From Euprymna scolopes (Eukaryota): a stretch of 64,000 nt of DNA. The notes beneath the pieces were generated by a model. That model had not been told where the DNA came from, searched no databases, and saw only the letters and a program-made list of their open reading frames with translations. The DNA lies in the NCBI GenBank assembly GCA_053919585.1, contig CM132798.1; one strand, 5' to 3'. Of the stretch, positions 40,679 to 51,825 are shown piece by piece; within the stretch, counting starts at the first letter, position 1, and each line of letters begins with the position of its first letter. The position numbers were made by a program, and so were the translations under genes.

Positions 40679-40856
40679 TGTGCGTTTGCTCAGTTGATAA
40701 AGTGCTTGCCTCGCATGCGAGAGGATCGTGTTTCGAATCCTGAGCTCGGATATGTCTAACTGATGAGTTCAGATGAAGGCGAAACTCCAGTCTTGGACTT
40801 CCGGCTTGTTGGCTTTCGTGGTTCTTGCTGATTTCAATGTTGTCTGGCAGTGTGAA
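40679..40856 (+). mobile_element. tRNA-Ala(CGC)-derived SINE containing a hammerhead ribozyme, followed by (TCTA)n/(TA)n
   Basis: GCTCAGTTGATA A box; anticodon arm CTTGC-CTCGCAT-GCGAG; TTCGAATCC B box; no acceptor stem; hammerhead directly downstream. Confidence 0.8.
40743..40807 (+). ncRNA. Type I hammerhead ribozyme (predicted cleavage after GUC at 40792)
   Basis: CGGA-tat-GTCTAA-CTGATGA-gttcagatgaaggc-GAAAC-tcca-GTC-TTGGAC-t-TCCG: conserved core and extended stem I with internal loop. Confidence 0.8.
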
Positions 40857-40880
40857 TCTATCTATCTATCTATCTATCTA

Positions 40881-40926
<46 letters not shown>

Positions 40927-40927
<1 letters not shown>

Positions 40928-41354
40928 TAGCATTTCAGTCCGGCGTTGCCCGGGTGTTTGGAGGTGTATGCTGAGCAAAAAAAAAAAAGAGTAAATTTTT
41001 TTTTTAATTTGACCCCTATTATGACCCCTTAAAATTTATAGTTTCGGGCTCAAATCACATTATTAAATTAGATCCAGGTTCAAGGAACCTATATGTAAAA
41101 TTTCAAGTGTCTAGACCCAAAATTGTCGGAGGAGTTTGGTAGAGTTCTTAAAGGTCAAATCGTTGAAATTTGACCCCTTAACAGCCAAATTTCTGGCTGA
41201 CACCTGTCACATCGATTTTGCCAAATCCCAGTACCCGGTATTTCAAATTTCGAGTCTATAGACTAACAATTGACAGAGTTATTGCGTAGGGAAATGTACA
41301 CAGACAGACAGATAGACAGACAGACAGACACGTTCACTTTTATAGATATATAGA
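40927..41354 (-). mobile_element. Complete non-autonomous Helitron
   Basis: 5' TCTATATATCTATAAAAG followed by (CTGT)n; 3' hairpin CCGGGCAACGCCGG then CTAG; sits between A and T with no TSD. Confidence 0.85.
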
Positions 41355-42236
41355 TATACATAACTGGACGTGCCTGTGTGTGTGTCTGTGTAGATTTTCT
41401 TACGCAATAACTCTGTCAATTTTCAGTCTACAGACTCAAAATTTAATATACAGTGTACTGAGATTTGGGAACACTTTTGTAATCCATTTTCGGACAGAAA
41501 TTTAGCTGTTAAGACGTCAAAGTTCAACGCATTAACCTTTGAGAACTCTACTAAACTTCTCCGACAATTTTAGATATGCCCAATTGAAATTTCATATATA
41601 GGTTCCTTGGCCCTGGATCTTACTTAATAACTTGATTTGAGCCCAAAACAATAAATGTTAAATGGTCATAAAAGGGGTAAAAGTTTTTAACAAATTGGCC
41701 TCTGCGGTCTCTACCAAATTACTCAGACATTTTCTGGTCTAAACATTTGAAATTTGACATAAATAGTATTCAGATATAGGACAAGCTTAAAAATCGGTTT
41801 GAATAAAAAATTTGAGCTACCACTATATAAATGTACGTATGTTTGCATGTCTGCCTAAAACTTTTGACAGAGGCGACGAATTTTCACAAGATCAATATCG
41901 TTTTGACGCTGGACCGTTCAGATGTGAAACACCGAAAAATTGGCTTAAAACATTAATTTATTCACCCGCAACTGGACACTTTTTCTACAGGGAGGGGTCG
42001 TTTTTTTCACCGACGCTCTTCGAAAGCCATTCCCTATTTTCGATTGTTTAACCTTATTTTAAACCTACGTCACTTCCGGTTTGGTTGTGGTCGTAACAGC
42101 AAAGACGTCACTTTTTCCCGTTCTTTTTCTACTTCGCGGTACAAGTTCAAGCCTGCCTTCCTACTACCAGATTTTTTTTTTTTTGGGCTCAACACACAAC
42201 TCCAAACACCCGGGCAACGCTGCGCACCTATGCTAG
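41355..42236 (+). mobile_element. Second non-autonomous Helitron of the same family, head-to-head with the first
   Basis: 41370-41680 is the reverse complement of ~41015-41335; ends CTCCAAACACCCGGGCAACGC..TGCTAG|T. Confidence 0.82.
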
Positions 42237-42261
42237 TAATTATATATTCTCTCACACATTC

Positions 42262-42344
<83 letters not shown>

Positions 42345-42721
42345 GAGTCACCGGACACGGATCTTTTTAGGACGCTTTTTGCTTCTAAATATTCCATATA
42401 TAGTATATGGACCTTTTTATGAACATTATAAGTTCCTGCTACAATATACGCAGAGTTTTGTTTTCATTAAAAGCTTCTGTNNNNNNNNNNNNNNNNNNNN
42501 NNNNNNNNNNNNNNNNNNNNNNNNNNNNNNNNNNNNNNNNNNNNNNNNNNNNNNNNNNNNNNNNNNNNNNNNNNNNNNNNNNNNNNNNNNNNNNNNNNNN
42601 NNNNNNNNNNNNNNNNNNNNNNNNNNNNCACAAAGTTTGACTTATATCATTATCAATTTATTTAAACTCTATACGGGAATTTTCACATGCTGCAGCCTAT
42701 TCAGGTTTAAAAGTAAGAAAC

Positions 42722-43001
42722 TGTTGTAAAAAAAAGTCATATAACTGAGAGTAGCTAACCTGAAGTGAGGTTGCGAAAAAAAAAACAATCTTCTTCGCGA
42801 CCTTCTTCTCAGGTCTTGTAACCACAGTAACATAAAAACAAAGGCATAAGTGACTCTTCATAAAGGAGGAAGGTTTTTTTATAATAACTACCTTACTCTA
42901 TTAGTACAAACAAGCATAAGGCTATAGTTCTTCTTGATTGTTGGAAGAGCATCCTTACCTACGGCAGCTACACTCAGGTAAGCTATGTATTATTCACCAC
43001 A
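42722..43001 (-). repeat. 3' LTR of the BEL/Pao element
   Basis: ~280 bp; about 23 substitutions plus homopolymer indels versus 48119-48393 (hand count). Confidence 0.93.
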
Positions 43002-43027
43002 CTCTCCCAACAAAAGAAAAAAAATGC

Positions 43028-43080
<53 letters not shown>

Positions 43081-43245
43081 TCATAAAAAAAAACTTTAAG
43101 TTGGCTGACGCTGCAGGGGGGCTAAAATTTGCTAGGCCTCAGTCAAGGGGCACATGGTGTAACAGTGGTTCAGCGTACCCTCATTCTCTCCCTTAGCCTA
43201 GGCTCCGCTGTCGGTAGTAGTTTATAGTCCAACCCAAGACTACTT

Positions 43246-46200
43246 CTATTGAGCAGAGAACAGACTAGGTTTACCCCTTCGTCTCTTTTGAGGTGCACAA
43301 TCACTGCAGTACCATTTCTCTCTAGCGGGTGGAGCCAAGTCAATTCCAACACACTCAAAATGATACCCCTTATCACAGGAATCACTGCATATCATATCCT
43401 GGTTCCCTGGAAGTCTATTGCATGCAGGACACAACAAAATGGTGCCATCTGCTTCCGAAAATGAACCAGATGATTCCTGGTTTTCACTGCTACCTGCAGC
43501 AACAGGCGAGGATGCACCCGCCTGACTCGGTTCACTTTCCCCAAGATCATCATCAGATTGCGAAATTTCTATTGGATATACATTTTTTAGTGAATGGACG
43601 TTCACCAACCCATCGCCCTGTCTGACATGAGCTGTCCTCACCACTCCATCTTGTCCTGGGAGAACCTCAAGTATAGTACCCAACATCCAAAATATCCGTG
43701 GTTTTAAAGGGCTCTTGACCAAGACTACATCATTTCGTTACTGCGATTCTGGAATGGTATCTGAGATCCTCCTGGTATCCTTCCTCTAAGATCAAGGAGG
43801 TACTCCTTGTACCACAGTTCTCTAAATCTTGACAACCATTCATTTCGTAATCCAATCATCTCGATAAACCTTCTCCGGCTGGGAGGAACCATGGTGGAGA
43901 GATCATCTCTTCTCAATGGTAGATTGGCCATGTTCTCAGGCAGCATCGGCCTAGAATTGTATCTTTTACGCCTTGTGCAGTAATTCAGGGAATTTTGACT
44001 GCCTGCAGTGACGTACCCAGTATCCACGACATCTCAATTCCGTTAATGTTGACCCTATACACAGATGGGAACATTTAAGATGGCAGTTTTATATCACAAG
44101 TCGGGTCAGGCTATGATTCTTGCCCAGCGACAAGGGATTCCTAACTTCATGAGAAAACTGGGAAGACCTGTCCAGCCATCCATTGGAGCGGATCAACCCT
44201 TCCTCATCCAGAAAAAGATCAAGTGCCTGAACACGATTAGGTGCAGGCTTTACCATAGGGTTCCGCAGAATTCAATTCAGCCGTAAATTCCTGCTGTTGA
44301 TAACATTTTATTAAGTAAATTCCGGCTTTCTTGTTGTAATTGTCTTCCCTTTTCCTCATCTAGCCGATGAATCGGAAGACCAAAGAAGTTACCCTCAACA
44401 AACGTGTAAACGTAGAGAACAGCCGCATGGAGATCACCAAAGCACACTCATCATCCACAATCGCAGCAAAATTTGTTGATGAACGAACAATCTTCTGGCA
44501 CCTATCATCAAGACAGGGCAACTCCTGCTCCGGCCAAGTCAAGACCCCACCGCGCAACCAGGAAGGGGCATGGTACCAAAAGGCAACGTTGTCTCGGAAC
44601 GTCCTCATCGTTAATCCACGAGTGATTAAGTCAGCCGGGCTTTCGGTGGTCGAAACATACCTGAAGGTCGGCCTGATGCCGTATTTTGTTTCCAAATCCA
44701 GGCTCATTAGCAAAACATCCTTTTGCCTGCTTCTAGCAAAGATGCTTTTACTATTCATCGTTTCTGATAAAATCCATGACAGTACTACTTGTGCATCTGT
44801 TACCACACACAACCTAGAAGGGCGGACACCCTTGCATCCTATCAAGATAGCGGGCAAACACTTCAGATCAAGAAATACCGCCATTAGTGTTAAAGTTGGT
44901 AATGTCTTCTCCTTCACTGGAGCAACTCGTGCTTTGGCAAAGATCAATGCAGAATTTTTGACATGAACATAGTAGGCTGAAATCCATATGCTTCTTTAGA
45001 AGCGTCACAAAACAGGTATAACTCTCCAGTTCGGTTCCCGTCATAGGCCTGTCTGTAGAAATGCATGCCACTCAATTTAGATAAGTTATCTGCCAGGTTC
45101 CTCCAAGAAGACTGAAACTCTGGAGAGACTTCCTCATCCCATTGCACATCTCGCTTCCATAATTCTCCCACCAAAATCCTACTTCTTATACTCAGGGACA
45201 GGCAAAGAGATAAGGGATCAAATACCTTTTTTCTATTCCGAAAGGATTTGCCTCTTAGTAGATGCACTCGGATCACACTTACCAGGAGCAGTGCTGAGCT
45301 TTTCTGAAATAGGATCATACCGGTACCCGAGCACCATCTCCCATCCGGCATCATGAGTACTCAATGTACCATCCTTCCTCATCTATTCCCTAAGGCTGTT
45401 GCAGTTTGAGTTGCATGACTGCACCACAAATCCACCTTCCTGCAACCGCTTCCTAACCTGGGAATACAGCCTTACAAGCTTTGCTGGGTCAGACTCAGTC
45501 ACCACCAGGTTGTCGACATAGAATTGGTTCGCCATCGCAACTCGACATTCATCAAAAGGATATTGGGCTGCATTAAACTTCAAGATACTCCCCAATATAA
45601 AGGGACTCGAGGTGAATCCGAAAATCAGCGTGGCGGAAACATCGAAGGCGATCGCCATCCTTCACAAAAAAACAGAACCTGTTCTTGTCTGCCTCCAGTG
45701 CAAGGCGAACCATCAAGAAAGCTTTCTTGATGTCTGCAATCAAGACAAACTTATTCGATCTAAAAGACATCAACGGGTCCAACATATCTCCTGTCATATT
45801 CACACCAGAGTATGCAGCCTCGTTCAGAGAAGCAGGGCCACAGACCTTCAAGCTACGGTTAAATACAGGTCTGATTTTAGTAGTAGCTGCCGGATCCGTC
45901 TTGAAAACTGGCCGATGAGGTACCCATACATAGTCCACAACATTTTGAGGATCCACCTGTATTTCCTCAATAATGCCCTCTCATAGCTGCTTAAGGAATA
46001 CATTTACATACTCTTGGTACAGCTCGTTTTTCTCCAGGCTTCTGACCACACGATCCAAAACGTGCAAAGCAATATCATGATTAGAGGGAACTGCATGCCA
46101 GGGTAACTGCACGTGATATTTCCCATCCTTGAATGTTATAGATTCCTGGAACTGCCTAATCATACCCTGATCATATCCTGAAATCTCTTCTCCGTCCTGA

Positions 46201-48048
46201 ATGTCCAACGATCAATGCTGAACATTTTCTCCAATCCTCTTTCAACATTACTAGAGGGAAAGACATCCACCCATGGGTCTGCATAGGAAGGATCGGCTTC
46301 CAGGATGAAGCAAACATGCGATGATTCCACTTGGGTTGTATTCTCCATCAATGCACTGAACAAAGTAGAATCTCTTGAAATAGGGGAAGGATTTGTAGGT
46401 AAAAGTGTCTACCTCACCAAAGCGAATCAAACCAGCAGGAACAGAGAAAACCCGACCCCCCCCAAACAAGGATCCAACTTAAGGGACCCAAATGTTGCAC
46501 CAGATCCAGACCGATAATTCCACTTATAGCCACCAAATTAGTGCCAGACTCAAATTGCCCAGCCAGAGAGTATCCAGTTCGTTTAAACTCTTCCAACAGC
46601 AAATGCCAATTTTTAGATATAAAGATAGGTCCAATGAGTTGGCAAACAGTACCGGAAAGTGCCCCACATGACCAAACCCTAAGTCCATATCTAATTTCAC
46701 CTCTCTGTATATTTGCTCACATTCTCCAAGAAGTGTAGTCAGCCTCAAATGACAATCCAAACTGTCAGAACTCAAGGAACTCAAGGAGTGCAAGACATCA
46801 CCAGGCAAATACGTTCTGCCACTGCCAGTATCCAATAGGCAGTTTACAGAGATAGTTCTTCCTCTCCGACCGAAGGTAACACAAATCAGAGGAGGTAGTT
46901 TACTCGAGTAACTAGAAGAATACTGACAATCTAAACCTATGCGGAAAGAAACAGATCGGGTTGTAGTGGTTCTAGATTTTGAAACGGTTACCCGAGAATT
47001 GTTTCGATGGATATCCGAAGAACCAGGCAACCCGCCGCTTTTAATTAGCAAGCGTTTAATAGCCTCATTGGTTTCTCGCATCAAAACTGGCAGAGAAGGA
47101 ATTCTTGAGCCGCATAACTGAATATGCTCTCCCTCCAATGCTCTTGGAAATTAAAAAAAAAAAACTATTTTGGCCATTAATCGGGCCCCCGCAGAACCAT
47201 CCTCAGAGAAATCACAATCGAGAGAGCTAGCCAGTTCTTCCAGAATGGAAGCTGTTCTGCAGATGAAACTACCAATATCCTCATAAGAACTCTCCCCCTT
47301 GGGGGAGAAATTGATAATATATTGGAATATCTTATCAATGATGTCACTAACATCTAAACATTCTCGTTTTAATACTGCCAGTGCTTGCTGATAATTTGTA
47401 TTGACGCAACTTAAGCGATTAATTAGCAGCAGATATCTTCCAGACAGAGAGCATTTTAAAAAAGTTTAATTTTTCTGCGTCATTTGCCATGCCTGCTGCA
47501 CAATTTTCAAATCGTGATAAGAAATTGTAAAAACTCATTCTATCGTTTTCCATTTCACGACCACTGAACATTGGTCCAGTGATTTGAACTTGAGGAAGTC
47601 TACCAGTGAATGATGAGTGAGTTCTATCCATAGAAGGTCCAGGCGTATAAGGAAGGGAAGGTCGTTCCGAATACCCACTAGCCTCTGGCGGATGTAACAG
47701 GAGAGAGAGAGAGAGTGAGAGAGAGATCTTCTAATTCCTTCCGTATATTCAGCTGGTAACTTAGCCAATCGGACTCTATAATCTCTCTTTCCTCTTCAGA
47801 GACACAGGAAAGTTGCAACTTGCAGATGGAGATTTAATTTCGTTGATATATTCAAAATTTTCCCTGTGGATTACAGAAATTATAGCAGGAGTAATCTCTG
47901 TGCCACAGGACAAACGAAGCCTACCCTTGATTTTCATCTTCAGAATAGAAATCTGGTTACGGTGTCGCTCCCTGGAATCTGCCACAGCTGAAGTATCAGA
48001 GGTGTCCATATCCTTGTACAGGTAATTGACAATTTCAGGAATTGTCAC
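43246..48048 (-). pseudogene. BEL/Pao gag-pol polyprotein pseudogene (gag ~47000-48048, protease ~46520-46900, RT ~45360-46200, RNase H ~44360-45250, integrase remnants 43560-44300, PHD 43297-43431)
   Basis: Gag PMFSG..FLSRFEN..EKLNF; protease LLDTGSGRTY; other motifs as above; many frameshifts and stops. Confidence 0.9.
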
Positions 48049-48118
48049 TAATTGCTGTTACTAATGACGTTCAAAGTTCCGTTAGAAATTGTGTTGAACT
48101 GTTGTATTTTTCTCAAAT

Positions 48119-48393
48119 TGTTGAGAAAAAGTCATATAACTGAGAGTAGCTAACCTGAAGTGAGGTTGCGAAAAAAATACAATCATCTTCGCGACCTACT
48201 TCTCAGGTTTTGTAACCACAATAACATACAAACAAAGGAATAAGTGACTCTTCCCAAAGGAGGAAGGTTTTTATAACAATTAACTTACTCTATTAGTATA
48301 AATAACCATAAGGCTATAGTTCTTCTTGATTGTTGGAAGATCATCCTCACCTACGGTAGCAACACTCATGTAAGCTATGTATTATTCATCACA
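48119..48393 (-). repeat. 5' LTR of the BEL/Pao element
   Basis: Direct repeat of 42722-43001; TATAAAAA on minus ~48268-48275. Confidence 0.93.
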
Positions 48394-48969
48394 CAGTTTT
48401 TTTATGCAATAGAAAATTTGAAAAGAAGTGCCAAGATAGTACAGAAAAAAGATTTAGTCGAGAGAAATAAAAATACAAGAAGAGAAAGCAAGCTATGAGG
48501 GGGGAAATTGAGGAGCAGATTGAGTAGAGGAAAAGAGAATGGCAGAGAGAGAATCTGAACAGCAAAAAAAAAAAAAAAACAACGACATTAGCAGAAAAAA
48601 CACAAAATAAGAAAGCGATAGAAAGGGATACAGAAAAGCCTACGCACGATGCCATCATACCATGTTTATATTGTGCCGTAAGATTTGACTGTTCAAAGGA
48701 ATATAACCATTTTTAATTGAGAGTAAGTCGTTTTATTCTAACTTATTAGTAACGTTAAAAAATACTAGTTCCTTGCCTTCATCATTTTCTCCGGAGAAAA
48801 AAGACAATAATAAATTGGGACAGTATATATGAAAAAANNNNNNNNNNNNNNNNNNNNNNNNNNNNNNNNNNNNNNNNNNNNNNNNNNNNNNNNNNNNNNN
48901 NNNNNNNNNNNNNNNNNNNNNNNNNNNNNNNNNNNNNNNNNNNNNNNNNNNNNNNNNNNNNNNNNNNNN

Positions 48970-49602
48970 ATATGTCGTCCTTGAAATACGACATGATTTT
49001 ATTTCTGTTTGATGCGCAGGGTGATGGAACCAAAATTTTCGGTCGTCTTTGATGTGGTTTCAAGTAGGGCGCACGTCATGCCACTTCAGATCTTCGAAGT
49101 CGGTTCGAAAGTAAACAACAATGTGTTCCTGGATGTACTGAAGAGCGTGCTTATCCCCTGGTGTAATCAGGTTTTCGCTGGCAGACCCGGGTTGTGGCAC
49201 CAAAACTCGACACTGACCCACAAGTCCAAAGAGTCTCAAGCTTAGTTTCAGAATTGTTACTATGACTTTGTACGCTTCTCTTAATGGCTCCCTGCTTTCA
49301 CTTGTCGGGCTATTTCCTCTATTCATACGTCGAGAACACCACAATCATCATCTTTCACAGTACGAAAGCTTGTTGTCTGATCGCTGCTCATCCGCCGAGT
49401 ATTCGATAAGCTTCCGCCGGTGTTTGTGGAAAAATCATGGTCAATGTTCTGAGCCTTTTCAAAACGGTGATTAAAGCTAAAAGCTGCTACATTAGATAAG
49501 AGTCAGCTCTAGTAAATAATCTAGTTACATAAATTGATTTTAAATGTACATCTTTAATAAAAGTGTAGTGTTGTTTTCTTTAGGGCAAGAATTATATTGT
49601 TT

Positions 49603-49608
<6 letters not shown>
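48970..49608 (+). mobile_element. Tc1/mariner-superfamily transposase C-terminal remnant and right end
   Basis: VVFDVVSSRAHVMPLQIFE.G.KVN..VFLDVLK..LIPW..GRP..WHQNST.THKSK.SQ..WLP (decayed QQDSAPAH and WPP motifs); terminus abuts (TA)n; left part lost in a gap. Confidence 0.8.
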
Positions 49609-49662
<54 letters not shown>

Positions 49663-51214
49663 CATAGACAGTTCATCGAGTAAGCAAAATTAATTGAAAC
49701 ATCGTGGCCAATATCACCCCTTGTCTGATGGATTATTACAAGCGGAGTTCGGGTTAGGGTTCATTACCTTTATTCACTTTTGACTGAAACTTCGAAGCTA
49801 CAGGATGTGTTTATTCCGAATGCCGATCTTAACGGACATCGGAATTAACACCGTTTCCCGTCTGGACAAACAGTAAACAATGACCAAAGAAGTCATTCCT
49901 TCTTAATAAAATAACAGAGACACTCCTTTTTTTCTGGTTAATGCGTTTATGGAATGAAAAAAATAAAACTCTACAAAACAAAAAATAAATTCAGCACCCT
50001 CTATCCTACATATAATAATCTTACATCGAATTAACTGTGAAGTATTGTGTTATTAGTTAATATTATATTATATCGTGTCATATTGTATGAATTGTTTACA
50101 CTGTGAACAAATGCAGGGTTTATCAATTGTATGTTATGTTAGCAAGTCAGATTACGGAATGTTAACTCGGTTCTTTATAGAATTAGCAGATACACAGGGA
50201 CAAAATAAAAGAATTAACAATGTGTGTTTATTAAGAAAGATAAGGAAATAGTAAAACGGCATTATCGGGCAAATGCATATCGTAAATAAAATGATACTAT
50301 AAACAAGTAAGTGGAGAAAAAATGGAAAAAATAATAAATATGTGATTTAATTTACCTGCAACGCGCGCTACAGTTTTAACCACCCCCCTATATGTAACAC
50401 GATGTAACTGAAATTTGATTTAATATTATCATCCTACCATTTTACCGTTTAAATGAAGAAGTTTCAAATAAACTTAAATATATTTTTCTTAATATTTTTT
50501 AGCATACGAAAATAATAAAAATTCGAGACCAAAATCGTGTTTACATTATCGACGCTTTAAAACAACGTTCCTATGTATTGACGTTTTTGAAAGCGTTAAA
50601 TGATATTATATTCCAATATTACGCGATATGAAGTTTAAAGAAATATTTTTTTAAAAAGCTTAACAATATAAAAACATAATCATATAATAAAATATATGAC
50701 TCTTGATATAATAAAATTCGAACATCCAAAATCGGTCTGATAAATTCGTTTGGATTTATTATTTAAATTAGTAAAGGGCGGACTTTCTGTTTTTGCAGCT
50801 TTTTCTAAAAAAAGTACGAAAGCCTTTAAGCAAAATGTTCTTTATAGGCATAAGCATCAACAATCAAATATTGACTCTCGTTTTATGTAGTTTGAAAAAA
50901 TGTATTTCCTTTACAATGTAAATATGAAAATCCGATAGCAAAAAAGCGTTACTTCAATTAACTATTATAGCGCCAATACCCATCCGTAGAAGTCGACACA
51001 GAAAATAGTAAACCCGCGAAATGATGACGTTGCTGTTATTGTGTAAAACGATGGCGTTTTACATAAAGTTATGGAGATGCGTAGTGACATATATACTTCG
51101 TTTGCTTAGCGGGTTCTTGTTTGCATTTATTTAAAGGTAATATAATCTAATAAATATGTAACCTAAAGTTTTTGTTGGAAAAAAAAATTGTTCTTCTTGG
51201 CAAATTTGTAAAAG

Positions 51215-51825
51215 TAATCTAATCCATGCAAATCTGTCCCAATACGTTATCTTTGCCATTTGGTACTTCCTAATAGAAGAAATCACACAATCGCATGTAA
51301 ATGTTGCCGTCAAAAAGTACTAATTCTGAGAACCGAAGTTAGTTTATGTGGAATAAGGAGAAAGCGTTGTCGTCGAAGTCCAAGTAACAGAAGTAACGGT
51401 GTTAGTTTCTTGAGAGGATAAAGAAATAGAACTCTCAAGTACATGCGTACCTGAACTAAGGAGAAGACGCAGACAAAATATATATGTGGTGTAATGGCTT
51501 TTGTTGATGAGCGTGTTCTTAGTGTAATTTTTTTTTAATATAATTTAATCTATGCAAATCTGTTCGAATATTTTTTGCTTAAAGAATGAATCCGAAAGGT
51601 GCATGCCGTAAGCTGTACTCATCCTCAGAAGCGAAGTTTGTTTATGGGTTGTAATGAGGACGCGTCCTGGTCGTCATCGTCGTCATCGTCATCGTCGTCA
51701 TCGTTGTCGTAGTCATCGTCGTCGTCCTCGTTGTCGTTGTCTGCGACGTAATCAAATAAGAAAAGTCCCAATGTTAGTTCAGTAGGGACAGTAACAAATT
51801 AGTAAATATGCGTACCGGAACTATA
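51215..51825. repeat. Diverged tandem duplication (~51215-51460 and ~51542-51825); second copy carries a (GTC/ATC)n expansion at 51669-51741
   Basis: Shared blocks ATGCAAATCTGT, CGAAGTT.GTTTATG, TGTTAGTT, ATGCGTACC.GAACTA. Confidence 0.75.

Larger units (their letters stand above)
42722..48393 (-). mobile_element. BEL/Pao LTR retrotransposon, decayed and internally deleted, with C-terminal PHD finger
   Basis: TG..CA LTRs; purine tract GGGAGAG before the 3' LTR; BEL/Pao motifs IRPVFN.S, ADIKKAFL, FGFTSSPFIL, FYVDN, FDPL, FCDASKEAYG, AKARVAP, PADLITRG, W.KEYL, GQDGVVR. Confidence 0.95.

Noticed and set aside
40679-40750. Functional tRNA-Ala gene
   Set aside because: Acceptor and T stems do not pair and the sequence continues into a ribozyme; better read as a SINE head
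43297-43431. Exon of a host TAF3/PHD gene
   Set aside because: In frame with the integrase C-terminus and enclosed by the element's LTRs
49748-49762. Telomere-like GGGTTAGGGTT
   Set aside because: Under two units; expected by chance
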